Assembly (NCBI GenBank): GCA_050084515.1
Contig: CM114271.1
Location: 15,996,001-16,060,000, forward strand
Source of the DNA: Blasia pusilla
Taxonomy: Eukaryota
Length of the DNA: 64,000 nucleotides
Direction: 5' to 3'
Numbering within the stretch: the first letter of the stretch is position 1; each line of letters begins with the position of its first letter. The notes below the pieces were generated by a model. It was not told the origin of the DNA. It made no database searches and saw only the letters and a program-made list of their open reading frames with translations. The position numbers and the translations under genes are program-made. Of this stretch, positions 11,474 through 25,805 are shown one piece after another.

Positions 11474-14400
11474 ATGGAGGGCCATTCATATGCCCTCCAA
11501 GGTAGTACAATAGGTGGTAAGGGGGGAACTCGATCAGACCTTGAGGCTATTCTTACTTCTGAAGGCCTACGTGATGCAAGTGGGGAACTTCCTGATGGGC
11601 TAAATCATCAGGCTTGGGCCTTGAAGTGGAGACGTCATAAGAACAAGAGTGAGATATGTGTGTATCGTTTCGTGGTGTATGATGATCTTATTGATGAGAG
11701 ATGGGGGCCCTTGCCGAGTGATGTAGAGAATGTCCCTAGAGAGGATAATATCAAGGGTGATGAAAGAATTGTTGCTGATGGTGAATTGAAATGTGCAAAT
11801 GCACATGAACAAGAGGATAAGATAGGGCAGACAAGGGAACTTGACCAAGGCCAGGAAAATAATTACGAGATGCAAAATAGGATTTCCACTGCATCTATAG
11901 TCAGAGAGAGTAGTAATACGTCAAGTGTGTGTAGACCCGATTCTATAGGGCACCTTTCAGATCTGAGTGCAACCATGGAGAGGGCTGATCTCAGCAAAAA
12001 TGTGGTGGCTTATGATTTGAGTACAGAGGGGCAAGAAAAATCTAAGGGTTTTGAAAGAGAGGCAATGACTTATGAGAGAGAAACATCACCTCTGCACATT
12101 ATAATGGATCCAGATGGTCAAGATAATGACAACTTAAGACATCCTAATACGCCCACAAACTCTTCAAACTTGGAGAACTCTGATATTGGTGATGGATTTG
12201 AGAGTCCAGACCTACTGGATAAGGACCTTCATGCTCTACTCCCGATTCAACAAGAACGGGCACGGAAGATAAGGGAAAACAAAAGAAGAGCAGAAAAAAT
12301 TCTCGGTGCTATTCCCTCAGAGTAAGTAGATCACTACCTTGCATGAGATGTGAATTGCAATAATATTGCATGGTTTTCCATTCCTTCTTGCATGCAGTTT
12401 CCTTATTCGTAGAAAATGAGACTTGCATGATCTTACATAGATGATTGATGATGAAACCATTGTTTGGAAAGGCTGAGACCAGCAAAGGCATCCAAGAAAG
12501 CCTCATGTTGTAGAGAAATAGTGGCAGAGGTAGTGAAAAAGCGACGAAGTTTGAGATTGACATCAAAGGTCTTGGAGAGCTTACCAGGTCCTTCAATGCT
12601 TGAAAGCCTTGAGGATAATAAAATGAAAGATCCAGATTATATGCCAACTGAAGATTCAGAATACCAAAATGATGAGGAAGATGTACCTGATCCTCCATTC
12701 GTGAATAAGGATACTGGGCCGACATTCCATCCGATCCAAGTCAAAAGGGTAACTACAATGATATGTTATATACCATCTTCAGTAAGATTTTGTGTGGGAT
12801 ACATAATTCTTCCAATCTCTGTGTTTATTTATTATAATACACTAACTTTTATTTATCTTTCATATGCTCAGGGTATTGGAGGGAGAGAATTCCACGAATC
12901 TCATGCCAATTATAAGGCACATGATTCAGGCCAAAGTGGGAGATCAGAAATGGGTTGGCAATATCCCCCATGGTCAGAGAGTGGTAGCCAATACTGGGGT
13001 GGACCAATGGGTGCAAGGTGGTACACTCATGAGCGCGAGCCGTCGATGTTGAATCATGGCCCACACGGCTCTTATGGCTTGCCCCTAAACCCTTCCCCCC
13101 GACCACAATGGGGACAACTCCTACAGCTGAACACATGACCGCTCAAGGCCAATGGCCTCGAGGCATGTATTGGTCACAACCTAGAGTTGTAGAACGTCCC
13201 TGGTAGGCAATACCCAGCCATCTCTACCATCTAGATCTCACGCCGAATGGGGTCCTCATACACAAACTTTTACCCCGATGGGGAGTCAACAACAATGGGG
13301 ACCCATTCAACTTGGTTCTTCAGGCCAACCATGGGCAACGCCAAGTGTAACCTTCTTTCCACATTGTGTATTTATGATCAAATTCTCTATTTTTAAGGAA
13401 TGATAACTCTTTAACTCTTGATCTTCTCATGATGACTCGAAAAGTGGCCATTATCCTTTCCTGCTTCGGTGTGTTTTTTCAGATTGTGAAATCCTGATTT
13501 CTTGTCTATAGTGTTGATGAAGGATGTAAGAGTGCTATCTCCATATGTGGACAGGATGGAGCACCATGCCCTCCGCCCCCTTATCCAACTGCAGGAGAAG
13601 GTTTTGACTCAACATTTTCTGATGGGCCATCGAGATTTGTTGGGACGAGTGTACATTCGCATCAAAGTGACAGTCAGTCTTTTATGGCCCCTAGTCTCTC
13701 CAAACCCAGAAATAAAAGTGGGGGTATGTCCACATGTAGTCGCTTTTGAGGCATGGTCTAAATGTTGACCAATAATGTTGGGTACAAGTGGTTAGTGACC
13801 TGGTCTTTTATTCCCTACATTTTGTAACATGTGCATGTCTAAATTGATTTTCTTGCGCCTTTCATTTCTTCAGGTGATAGGGCAAGTGCGAGGAGAAGTA
13901 GGACCAAGAGAGATTTGTGGAACCGTGATGTGGCTCAACGCAAGGACCAAAACCTACTACCTAGATGTGAATTGTTGCCTACTGGGGTTCCAAAGACGAA
14001 GGTGCCCGATTATGAGCCATGGTTGAATGACCTAAAGGTATGGACCCTACGCTATCTCGACTTATCATGTGTCGAGATGAGTAGGCAAGAGGCTATTAAT
14101 GTGGCAACAGTTCGCAAGCACATTGAGAGTGTGTACATATGTTGGGGCACCATCTTTATGTTTGGACTTTTTGAAGAAGAAATGTGCACAATTATTAAAA
14201 ATAGAACGGTCCACAATGAAAGCATATTGGGTGGCCAATGGGGCTCATGTTGATGTCCCTTGCCACCCTGATGCTAAGGAAGATGCAGGGGGCCGTTTGG
14301 TAGATTATTGGCTTTGTGAAGAGGGTATGTTGAAGGCCCAAAAGATGGTGAACGCAAGATCAAAGGTTATGACTTTAAATCACAGCGGACGGGGAGGTTT

Positions 14401-16724
14401 AGAGGGGTTTTCTGTAAGTTATCCTTAGCTTTCATTTCTTTTATATTTATGATTTCTGCACTTTGGTGTTCAGATTGTTAATGTTTGTCAATGTTAGTGA
14501 TTCTAATTGTGTTGTTGGGTTTCTCCATGTATAGGGCAGAGGTGGATCAACCACACAAAACAATGTAGGTGTTACTGACAATAGACCAATTCCACAACAA
14601 GAGAGTCTTGTAAGTTAGCTATAATTATGTGTGAATTATTTCCCGTGTATTGTGAGGTTTGTAAATACATTGTAAATTTTTTCACCACCTGATATATTCA
14701 CTTTCATTGGTTTTTATGTAATCTTACCAATAGGAAGGAGGTGCGACAGTACCCTTGACCACGAAAAGAACTCAAGAGCAAACACACCCAATGAGTGATA
14801 GCCTTTACACTGGAGGTTCCCGAGTGAGTATAATGCTACCGAGTTAAATATGACTTATGATAGTGTTTGATTTATCCTCATACAAAGACTGATATAGCCT
14901 TGAGTTGGAGCTATATATTTGCAAGGAACATACTAACTATATGGATATCATTTTATTTTTCAGATGAGTGTAGAGTCAAGCATAACCACTCAACTTCTGA
15001 AGGTAGAGAAGAAATGGAATGCAGATATGGGTGTTATCAAGGGTGATCTTGAGCAAAAATTGGAGAGGAACCAACTCCTCTTGGAGAAGAAGATGTCAAT
15101 CAACCAATCCCTGATTGAGGAGAAGTTGGAAAAAAACCAGAAAGAACAAAAAGAGGCCTTTTCCATGCTTGTTGATATGATCAACAAGCTTTCAGAGAAG
15201 AGGAGACCTAAAGTGAACACATGTGGTCCTTCTAAGACTCATATTATGAGTCAGCAAGAAGGTAAGAGTCCTCTCTCAAGTTCGTTTCTTTTCAAGCATT
15301 GGTGCAATTATTAGAAATTGATAATTTTTCCTTTGAAATTACATGGCAGATCTTGCTCGTGTCAAGGATGGCCCTTCGAAGATTGGAGTAGATGTTTTGG
15401 GTGCTCATAAGGAGGTATCAAGGGACTTGGATGGGCAAACTGAAGGGATTCAAGCTGGTAAGTATCGAGTTTAGAAAATCTTGATTTGGTTTATAAAAAT
15501 TATATCCTTTGTAAGTGCAGATTCTTTTAGTTTCTTATAAATATTGTTGTTGTGTGATAGTAAAAAAGGCAAACGAATCAAAACCCTGCTCGCCTTCTGA
15601 AAATCCTAAAGCAACAACTCTCTCAGGTTTGGTTTTCTTCCCCTCCGTTCTTTTGTTATCCCTACCCTTTCTATAGTTTCAAAGAGATCTTCAATGCATT
15701 ATGGTTTAAGATAATGTACAAAAATTGAATGTGAAGTTCCAGTTTTGTGTATCGTTGTTTGCTTTGACAACATACCTAAAACAAAAACCCTCTCAGATTT
15801 CCTTTTCTTCCCCTCTCTACTTTTGTTATCCTTACACTTACTATAGTTTCAAAGAGATCTTCATTTTTTTCCAGCAAGAGAATATGTACAGCAGGTAAAT
15901 ATCAATTTCCAGCTTGGTATATCCTTACACTTACTATAGATTCAAAGAGATCTTCAATTTTTTTACAGCAAGAGATTATGTACAACAAGTAAGTATGTAC
16001 AACAAGTAAATGTCAAGCTCGACTTTTGGTATATTTCCCTCTCTGATATTATAGCTATATATCAGTAGCCTTCTATGGATGTACATTCAACATAACAAAA
16101 TTACTTTTCCTTTATTTTACTATCCTTTTGTACTATGCAGGTTTCATTGCTGGGGAGAAAGAGTCTTCTCCAAACAAAAAGAGACGTGTTACAAGAGTGC
16201 ATTCTGACGTCATTCAAGCTGCAAGTAGTGAACATGACAGCGATGTAAAGTCAGGAAGCAACAAAAAATACACTGGGAAGGTATGCACGTGGACTTGGAA
16301 GAAAAACTTTCTTGCTTGGCATGATAATCAGAACTTTATTCAAGTGCTACAATATTTCAATTGAAATAATTGTAACTAATAGTGTGTTGTGTTACACTTG
16401 ATGTATTTGTCTCCTCCAAAGACTCATTCGGGGATCTTGGGTTTGGAGATTCGTGTGGGCGATGAGGTTCAACTCCTAAAGCCCAAGCTTAGCAAGACAA
16501 TTTTGGGCACTGGTGTTGTAATTGGCATGAGTGGACAACATAAATTTCATGGGAGTGATATCCCATCGGGCATGGTACGGGTGGTTCTGAAGATTGTCCA
16601 TCTTGCATTCTTGGATCATAAGTTATGGCAGCCAAATGAGGCTGATATGCCGCCCCAATACACTTTGGGTGATGCTCTTGGAGGTTCAGTACTTTGGCCT
16701 GAAGTAAATTTGAAGAAATCATAG
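11474..16724 (+). pseudogene. CACTA second gene (TnpA/Ptta-like), multi-exon, decayed
   Basis: RLVDYW...NARSK...HSGRGG (Ptta-like) near 14300; C-terminal FHGSDIP...VRVV...LGDALGGSVLWP (Tnp1/En/Spm-like); many small GT-AG exons. Confidence 0.75.
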
Positions 16725-17129
16725 GCTAATATTAGACGTTCATGCCTACATGTAGACAATACTTACTTACAGTAGTGCATGTTTTTTTGACTCGTTCTCT
16801 ATGAAATCTCAAACTCTCCACAGAGTTCACTGTTGATTACTTGTAGTAATCTTTATGACCACTGTCTTTGTTGCTGAATTTACTTTTCTTCAATATAAGA
16901 GTACACAATTTTATTCTAGTTCTTGCATTGGACAGTTAGTAGTTTCCAATCACATTTTTGTTTTTACACTGCATTCTCAGTTGATGAATGGAGTGTCTGA
17001 ACTAAAATCTCCACCTTTCCCTTGATTTGGTTAGTTTATCGATGCCTTGTGAGAATCAATGCATGAATGGATAGGCTACATTCTGCAAAGAGAACCTTAG
17101 CCTTCTATCATGAGACCTACTTCTAATTC

Positions 17130-17887
17130 CCATATCTTGAAGTCATTTAAATATCAGATGAATCATATTAGTCATAAATCATTCAGTCATATAATGTAGC
17201 CAAACTCTAGTCATAAAAGTCAAATATGTAGGTACCTAGTCATATTCATCTATCATGCACTCATATTAATGAATCGTGGAGTCATTCAGACCTGTCATGC
17301 AAAATATCAATCATATAGAAGTTAGATTCTAGTCATAAGAAAAAATGTATTAAAAAAATATGGAGTCATTTAAAACAATCACATATTTAAGTTCCTAGTC
17401 ATATTCACAAAGCATGGAGTCATACAAAGTAGTCAGACTTTAGTCATACACAAAGACCATGTCATTTATTGAGTCGTATATAACCATTTAAAGTCATTTA
17501 TAAGAAACAAAATAATCAATATGACTTAGTCATATTTGAAAGCTTAGTCATAGAATTGAATGTGAAGTCATTTTTATGAAATTCTCCGAACAATATTACT
17601 ACAGTTGACTCATACAATGTGACATGTGTCATGATTTAAGTAGTCGTACTTGATGACTTGCCACGTCATATGCTGATATGGTCGTCATATTATATGACTT
17701 TAGTGACGTGTCAATCATTTAAATGAATGACTAGGTCTCTCATCCTAAAATGACTCGAGTCATGGTATGGTAGATGACTAGGCTTTTATGACTCCATGAG
17801 TCATCAGTCATTTCCAGTCATTTTAAGGCATATATGACTTGAGGAAGTCATATGAGCCAGTCATAAAACTATGGAATTGTTCTAGTG
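17130..17887. repeat. CACTA right subterminal repeats and TIR
   Basis: Dense AGTCAT/ATGACT motifs ending in TTCTAGTG. Confidence 0.85.
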
Positions 17888-18990
17888 ATACCTCAACCTA
17901 TCCCGATGTTGCGCAATCGCCAAGTTCTCAAATGTCATAGGCATCACTCTCCGAAATAACTCAGCCCTCTGAGAACATGCTCGCATCCATTCATCAGGGT
18001 CATCAAGGTTCAACTCCTCACCAAAATCTCGACAAATGGCCGTAGGCAAATCTGGCTCTGGGCCACAAAGCAACAAATACGGTAAGAAAGACGCTAGGGA
18101 TGCCTGCCTGCTAAATATATATCCCATCGCCAACCATGGCAACTGAAGGTCCCAATCTCCTAGGTGACCTCTCTGCAAGCCGTACTTGCGTAATCCTCTC
18201 TTCATTGTCTAGACAAGGCTCTCCGCTAGTCCATCCGCCTCGTGATGATCTCGTGAAGTAGTGCGGTGATCGATCAGGGTCTGATCACCCAAGGCCTGAA
18301 ACTCCCCGTGAAACTCTGTACCCTGGCCTGTGAACACCTCAGCTGGTGCGTTGTAATGACTCAACACTCGATCTAGAAAGGTTTACGCTACTCCCTCACT
18401 CACTTTGTCAAGCAATGCAACCAACTCTATCCACTTAGAGAAGCGTTCGACCATCACCAACACATAACGACGATGGCGCTTTGTCACATGTAAAGGTCCT
18501 GCAAAATCCAAACTCCATCTATAACCTAAACCCATGATCGGAAGTGGATGCAACTGTGGAGTCAAAGGATTGAATGATGCCCTGACTCGATCACATACCA
18601 TGCACTTGGCAACAAACTGCTGAACGTCAGAGTCTGCATGCCCCGCCATCAATACTTTATCTGGAGCAAGTTGTACGTCCGCTTCACTCCACAATGACCC
18701 AACTCCTCATGGGCATGATGCACCAAACGTGCTCTTTGCAAAGGATGAGGCACCACATGCACTCTACCATCCTCCCAAACTCGCAACACATGTGTCCCCT
18801 CCCACCGAAACCGTCTGGCTCATTGTAGGATGAGATCCCGCCCTCTAGCACCCATTGTGCTCACAACACTGCATGTACGCAGGTACTCTAAGACCACTCC
18901 ATCTTCGTGAATGTCTTGGCCACCTATTGCCTCCTCATTGGCCTCTGGATCTAAGGACTCTCCATCAAACCTCACCATCGAAGTCTCAGC
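17888..18990 (-). pseudogene. DDE integrase (copy 1)
   Basis: HAHEELGH, CMVCDR, WSLDFAGP, GLAE..VxTMKR motifs; frameshifted. Confidence 0.9.
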
Positions 18991-18993
18991 AAT

Positions 18994-20100
18994 CTAGCTC
19001 CCCGTAGCCAACAAGCCCAAATAGGCTAACGCGTGCCATCCTGGCACCAACTCCTCATCACTCTCACCATGCCAATGAGCTCTAGTTTCATCTCGCTGAC
19101 TCAAGCATGGGTTACGGCTCAAACCATTTGCATCCTGGTTGAGCATCCCAGGTCTATGCACCACCTTGAAGTCATACTCTTGCAACAAAAGAGCCCACCT
19201 GGCAAGCTTCCCTGTAAGCTTGTCAGACTCCATCAACCACTTAAGTGCTTGATGATCAGTAATGATGGTAAAAAGGTTTCCGAATAGATAACACCTAAAA
19301 TGTGTGACAGCCCACACCGCAGCCAAGTACTCACCCTCATACAAGCTATACATTGCCTCTGTATCGTTGTTCGAGCGACTAGCGTAAGCCATCACGAACT
19401 CTCTACCATCATTGTCATGTTGGGTCAGCACGGCTCCATGCCCCAACATGCTCCAATCGGTATGCAATTGGAAAGGATGCCCCTTGATCGCTCTCCTCAA
19501 TATGGGCGTGGATGTCAATATGTCCTTGAGCATCTCAAATGCTCTCTCTTGCTCATCCTCCCAGTGCCACTCTTGAACCAGATTGGTCAGCAAGGTCAGT
19601 GGCTTCGCAATCAAACTGAAACCCTTGACGTACTGTCGATAGAAGTTCACCAATCCCATGAATGCACGAACTCGACTCACATCTATAGGGCGTGGAACGC
19701 TTGTGATAGCCTCTATCTTTTTTTGCTACAGACCAAGCCACCTGGGTATATCGTATGACCCAAGTACTCAATCTGGTCGTGGAAGAACTTGCACTTGCCT
19801 AGACGTAGCTTCAGCCCATGTAACTGCAATCGTCAAAACTCCTCCTCTAGACGTCGCTCATGCTCCTCAACCGTGGCGCTAAATACTATGATGTCATCAA
19901 TATAACATTCAGCAAAATCCAGACCTGCCAAGATCCAATCCATGACCCTCTGAGAAACTCAACCAGGGCGTTTTTTAACCCAAATGGTAAGAATCGCCAT
20001 TGGTACAAGCAATCCTTCCCATGAGGATCAATGCCCCAAAATACCGTACCCAAATCCTTCATTCTAAATGCAAAAAAACTCCTATAACTCCTTAGGAATT
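18994..20100 (-). pseudogene. Gypsy RT (N-terminal part deleted) and RNase H (copy 1)
   Basis: LPFGLKN, YIDDI, FMGLVNFYR, LHTDWS, AYASRS, TDHQALKWL, LARWALLLQEY. Confidence 0.9.
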
Positions 20101-20437
20101 GATGTATCTAGCGCTGCTCTCCTCTTGTCAACTAAGGGCCCATATTTGGCTCCCAAGTCTCCATCGTGACTACGGTAGGACTCTCCGGCGCGGGTGTCGG
20201 TGGTTGCCATGGTGCAATCCCGTCTCGAACAACAGAACTCTCATCTCCACGTGTAGTACCCAAAACCCCACTCGATGCTATGGCTACCATCTCCTGGCGT
20301 ACCTGCAAAACATCCCAAGAAGTCCAGAGGTGTCTCTCCCGATCACCCTTGGTGTGTCAATCTCCTCTGGTCTTGCCCCCAGCCATTGCCTTAACTGTCT
20401 CCGTAGGCATGGGGCTCACCAACGCAACTATTGTGAT

Positions 20438-21470
20438 CTATCGCATCCTCAAACGATGTTGCTCAACTACTCTTAAGCTGAAAATCCATGTCAAGTAGTT
20501 TATGTCCATCGCTTGACCCAAGACATGACGTCGTGATGCCTCTGATAGTGACGGTATTACCATCACTCCTGTGGGGAATCCCATCAGTTGCTCTTGCTCA
20601 TCGGCGTTGGGCTCCATCAACCTTTGTTCTTGGTCATCCCAAACCAAGCCACGACGGGCCTCCTTGAATGCATAGGCAGCGGGCAAACTCACCAATGTGG
20701 CAAAGGCTGCCCGTGGCATGCCAATCCTGTTGACCACAATCAACGGCGGTCGATTATCGTGCTTCACTGCCTGTGATTGACGGCCCGGATCCAATATAGA
20801 ATCCACCAACAAATCAGAGGGGCGCTCCACATTTGCATATGCCCTCCGCAACACCTCGTGTGGTACCAAGTTGGTCCACCAAAGACGCGGGTGATGTGTT
20901 TGTAAACCCACACTCACTGCATCCAACAAAATTGTTGAGCAGATCCATGCGGGCACCTCATGTACACTCGTCACCACACGGGACCTCGAATCGCCCAAAA
21001 TCAGTACATTTTCCAGAATGTATTTTGGAGGACGAGACTAATGCTCTCGCAAGTGTCGCAAGATCCGCATCATCTCCCAAAACAACCTAGACCGAGTGTC
21101 AGCTAACCCACTACCTCGTCCAACACTCGATAAGCCCTAACACGGCCAACCAACAGTGACCAAATCTGTGGCCCCTACTCGCTCCAAGTCCTACGCCCCT
21201 AGTAATGAAATATCCCACGATAGGGAACTCTGGTATCCTTGGACAAGAGACGCAGATAACAAGTCGGGAAAATGGAGGCGTAACTGCGCCATATGGTGAA
21301 GTGAAGCGCATCTTGCAACATCATCAATCTCCACATACAAGTACTGCTGCATGCGTACTCCTGCCTGCAAAACAGCAGCTAACCCAGTGCTGATCTCTCC
21401 AAAGAGATCCAACACCCGAATATCCTCCTCTTGGATGCACCACACAATCGGGGTGGTGTCCAAAGGTATC
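20438..21470 (-). pseudogene. DNMT3-like C5 cytosine methyltransferase domain (copy 1), disrupted
   Basis: VLDLFGEI (motif I), GWPC*G (IV, TAG stop), ILENV (VI), THHPRLWWTN (VIII), EQLMGFP (IX), RHVLGQAM (X). Confidence 0.88.
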
Positions 21471-21757
21471 ATAGTAGCATTCCTCGCTACTTGGGGTTCC
21501 TCTGACCTATCAAACTCTGGTACAAACGTCTTGCTCCACGCAATCTGCACATGCTCAGTGGCTAAGCGTCGAAGCTCCTCAATCGAGCCCCAAAGCGGCA
21601 CCTCTCCTCCACGGACTGATGCGGCTATCATGATACTTCTCTCCATAAAAATACCAGGAACAGGAGTATCCTCTGCATGGACATGTCCCTCAATTGAATC
21701 ACTAGGCCAAGTGATGGCACTGCTAAATGCTGCTAAGGTCACCATCTCTCCTGGCCG

Positions 21758-24221
21758 TCACTCAATCACTGCACCTGTCAATCGAACGGGTAATGAGCTA
21801 AGGCGCCCATCACCTGACTGCCATCCTGTTATGTAGGACGCTGACTCCTTCCAGTAATCCAAGGAAAACCCCATCGAGTATAACATTGCTCCATCAACCA
21901 AGACGTCGTGGGACTCTGCATCAGTCAGTATCGCCTTGGCTCGCACCATGGACTCATCTGTAGGGTGTCCCGGGCAAATCCTCACCACGAACCTCCTATC
22001 GGGTGATATACTATGTGGTACTCGCTCCACCTAAGGATTTTTGTATCCGGAATGGACAACGCTCCACATTGGCTCTCGTCAAGCCCAATCCTTTGAATGA
22101 CACTTTCACCAACATGAGGGGTTGCGCTCTTGAATCCAACAAGACGCGCTGCGGACTAAAAGCTCTACCTCCGAGACTCACCAACTGGAAGACCTCTCCC
22201 CGATCATCCAGCAACACAACACCATGAGAAGCCATGGCACGTTTTATTGTGGATCTAGTGGGCATCTCTGCCATCCTAGCAATTGCAGCTTGCCATGAAT
22301 CCGACGTGGACGGCGCGAGCATCCGCTCCAAGGGCACGTCCATCACCTCCTCTGCAATCAGCTCTGAACGTGATGCACGAACTCCAACTCCACGCTCACA
22401 TAGCGTAGCGGCCAGCCGGAACACCTTGGCAGGCGTACCTCCCAATGTCATAACATCGGAAGCAAAAAATACCGGAGCACGGTACACCATCGTGGCGGCC
22501 CCCAACATCATACTCGACACATGCTCCTTCTGAGCATCAACACACTCGTTTCTCCCATTTCCCTCCGTGCCTGCACACCAATAACATCACCAACTCTCTA
22601 GGAACTCTGATCAGGACCCATGGATGTGTCCTCATCGCCTCGGACAATGTGAAAGACTGAGGAAGCCTCATCTATTTCCTGGCTTCCTCTTGCTGTGGAT
22701 CCAACTCTACGGCTCCTCCACACGTCACAACTGCGGTGGCCTCCATCTGGGCAACCACGTACAACCAACCAGGATCCTCCATATCTCTGGATGCTCCATA
22801 TGATGTCGATGCCATAGATCCAGCATCGTGTAACCTCAATGCCATAGCGGAAATCTGCTCTTGTAGCTGCTGTATCTAAGCAACCATCCGAGCCTCAAGC
22901 TCAGCGTCTCCCTCGACGCGTCTAGGTGGTGGGACCCTACCTCCTCCACAGGAAACTCCACCATCCTGTCGGGCAACTCTTGCTCCTTGTCCTCCAATGG
23001 GACCATCTGGTGCACAACCTTCAGGCCCCACCCGGACCGGCTACTTGCTCTGGTGCCCTCTCTGGACCTCGGTCCAGACGTAACTTAGGGTGTAAATTGA
23101 AATACATGGCGTGTGTGTGACCATACCTCTGACAATAGTCACAATGATAACCTCTTGGTGTAGCACCATCTCCTCCTCCATGTTGAGGCACACGTCCATG
23201 GCCCTGACGAGTGCAATCGCACTGATGATGGGCTCCACCACATGACCAACAAGTAATCGTATGCAGTTGCTACTGAAGCGTATATGAAGGCGCCGGTCTC
23301 TGTGGCATGGCCTCCCAGTATCCTCCCTGCGCTTGCGATGCCAGAGTCAACCTATCTTGGAGTCCACGTTGTTGCATTGGTGGTGAAGGCAATCGTGACT
23401 ACTCTCGCCCACACCCATGGTGGCTACGCTCTCCTCCCCCATATTACACTCAATGTTCTTGGTAGTCCTAAAAACGTCTCTCAACGTAGGTGAGGTATTC
23501 ATAAGAAGTACCCCCTCCTACACCCGTGTCCGCAGGGTCCGGTCCAACATCGCGTACCATGATTGGATAGCCTAAGCCTCTATTATCCCCTGAGTGACGT
23601 TGATCAACCACCGTAAGCGAGTGTAAGCCTCACGCAAACTCTCGCGCGGGCACCTTTGGAAGTCGTGGATGCTCCGCAACTTCTCCGTCCGTACCCCCTG
23701 GTAGCTCGCCCTCAACTCAGCAAAGAACTCAACCACATGGTTGAACCTTGGACGAAGCCGACTAGACGGTGCAACGCTCCAGTGCGAGTTACCCCTCCTA
23801 AAACATCACTGGTGGAAGAGGAAGTAGCTTCTCTTGACTCCTCCTCCTCATCTGGGAACAGCTCCTTCCATGACACATAGTGTGGGTTATAGTAGAGTCG
23901 CCATGCCTCAATCTCTTGGGCATATCTGTGGGAGAACTCATGGTTATCGTCGATGGATGCCCCCTCTAAATTCTGGAACATACGGTTCCATGTTGTAAAC
24001 GGGTTGAACTCTATAGAGTACATAGCCCGTTATGAGCCGCACCAACTCCTAAACTCCATGATGAAGTCGTGCAACTCAATCATGCCTATTGTACTTGAGA
24101 ACCTACGCAGTCCTCTACCTTGGTCCTCCATTTTGTACGCCCAAGCAGTAGGACTACTCAATGTGAGTGGCAAAGCACTACTCAACTCCTCTACACACTC
24201 CTCCTTGTGTGAAGATGACAT
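21758..24221 (-). pseudogene. gag and aspartic protease (copy 1)
   Basis: RRFSSTIGMIELHDFI gag N-terminus homologous to 61940-62731; zinc-knuckle remnants near 23130-23270; VLLDSRAQP protease motif. Confidence 0.8.
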
Positions 24222-25285
24222 AGAAGGAGGTCAAGGTGGTCCTGCACGTGGAGACCCTCAAAACCTCGCGCCACTCCGCCTAAACCCTCTAGAGCTACTC
24301 TTTGGTCCACCACCTTGCCTATCAAAGTCCCAAAAGGACACTGTGATGATCCTTGTGCCCCCTCACACGATCATTCTCCACCTTGCGAGTAATCACGCAA
24401 TCACTCAATCTAACATGCAGCACTCAAGCTACACTCTCTGACCAAGACGCGTGCTGTGTGGCACAAGCGGCGTGGTGCGGAAAGTCAACTGATCTACAGT
24501 CTCATCGATAAACCATCCTCAACTCTGGATATCCCACACATGTCTATGTCCCCTCAATCCATACGTCATCAATGCTCTTAGCATCACCACAAAACCCAAT
24601 GTCCCAAATAACTTCCCAATATCCAAAATTCTCTCACACGTGTAGGGTAAGAGACCATAATGGATAACCTAACAATAATTTCGATGTCGCTCATCAAAAA
24701 TTGCAAATCTCGACCCCAACTTGGTCGTGAAGACAACTACTCCAATCAGCAAGTCGTACTCCTCTCGTATAGACGGTGCTCAAACTTTGCAAGATTGACC
24801 TTAACTTTTTGCTTGCAACTATAAATTGTGCACTGTTTATTGTACAACGTGCACAGCTTCACGATCTACAAAGGCATCAAAAACTATTTCAAATAAAAAA
24901 TTCCAGTAAAAATTGATGTGGATTTTTGTAAAGCCCAACGTCTCTTTCTCCTACACAAAATTTGGCAGCGCTTCCGTGCTTATTTCTCCCAACAAAAATG
25001 TAAAACCTATGAAAACACAAATCAACATGCTACATGGTGCTCCTCAAAGCACTGGCATGGGGAAATTTTCTCCCATACTCAATCCGTATTAAAAATTGGG
25101 GAGCGCTTATGCGGGCCACTCTTCCACATGAAAAATCGGCAAAGGAAATATAAAAAATGAGGAGCTCCGACTCTGGTGAGCACTCCCATGAACTCCTAAA
25201 TAGGGAATACAATCCCCAACCTACAAAACCAGCAAGTGACTAGCGAGCTCCCCCATGAAGCTCTCTCACTCATCTCATTTCTCTC

Positions 25286-25805
25286 TTTGTAAATCAAGGG
25301 GAAATCTCTCTCAACACCATAGCTCTCAAATGTGTGCACTCTCACATGTCTCTCTCAATGTCAAACCAAACCCACTCTCCTAATGAGAGGCTTAGGTCAC
25401 ACACAAAAGGCAAGCAAGACCATAACTCTGCCGCCTCATGCCAAGAGGTTCATCAAAGAGAGAATGACATCTCAAGCTCTCTCTCCTTGAGGTATACTCC
25501 TCCCTTCTCCCAAGCTCTCTCCATGATAACCTATGCTCCCAAGTCACCTCCTTAACTCTTGACCTAATGTAGGAGGTCAAGAGCCACTTATCATAAATAG
25601 AAATTCAACCATATGCTCAAAATGGTACTACCCTAAAATAGTAAGTTCCTCAATCTGGCTCTAAATGAGCCAAAACGAAGGGGAAACCTGCTCTCTCAAG
25701 TTTCCCGGGGCCTCAGAAGGTCATCCTCGACCTCCTGAGATTGTCGCCCACTACTCGCAAAGGCACCCTACTAGATCTCTCTGATCTATCCTATAAGACG
25801 TGACA
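25286..25805 (-). repeat. 5' terminal repeat A1 of copy 1 (no B segment attached)
   Basis: Matches 1-438 and the reverse complement of 27779-28296; similarity stops where B2 begins in copy 2. Confidence 0.88.

Larger units (their letters stand above)
1170..17887 (+). mobile_element. CACTA (En/Spm) DNA transposon inserted in the integrase of copy 1
   Basis: CACTAGAA at 1170 and TTCTAGTG ending 17887; 3-bp TSD ATA (1167-1169, 17888-17890); empty site TTGAGGTATGCGACT visible in copy 2 near 27038. Confidence 0.95.
1..25805 (-). mobile_element. Gypsy-type retroelement copy 1 (gag-PR-DNMT-RT-RH-INT-PHD), decayed, interrupted by a CACTA element; 3' end runs off the window start
   Basis: 5' end TGTCAC at 25805 on the minus strand; 25370-25805 matches 1-438; ORF fragments of all domains lie between; right flank is RNase H sequence of copy 2. 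Confidence 0.9.

Noticed and set aside
20438-21470. Host DNMT3/DRM gene or bacterial restriction-modification contamination
   Set aside because: Intronless, embedded at the same polyprotein position in two copies, motif order not permuted as in DRM, and no partner nuclease
1-25805. DIRS/Ngaro tyrosine-recombinase element
   Set aside because: No YR motifs seen; a clear zinc-binding plus D-D-E integrase, a protease and TG...CA ends are present
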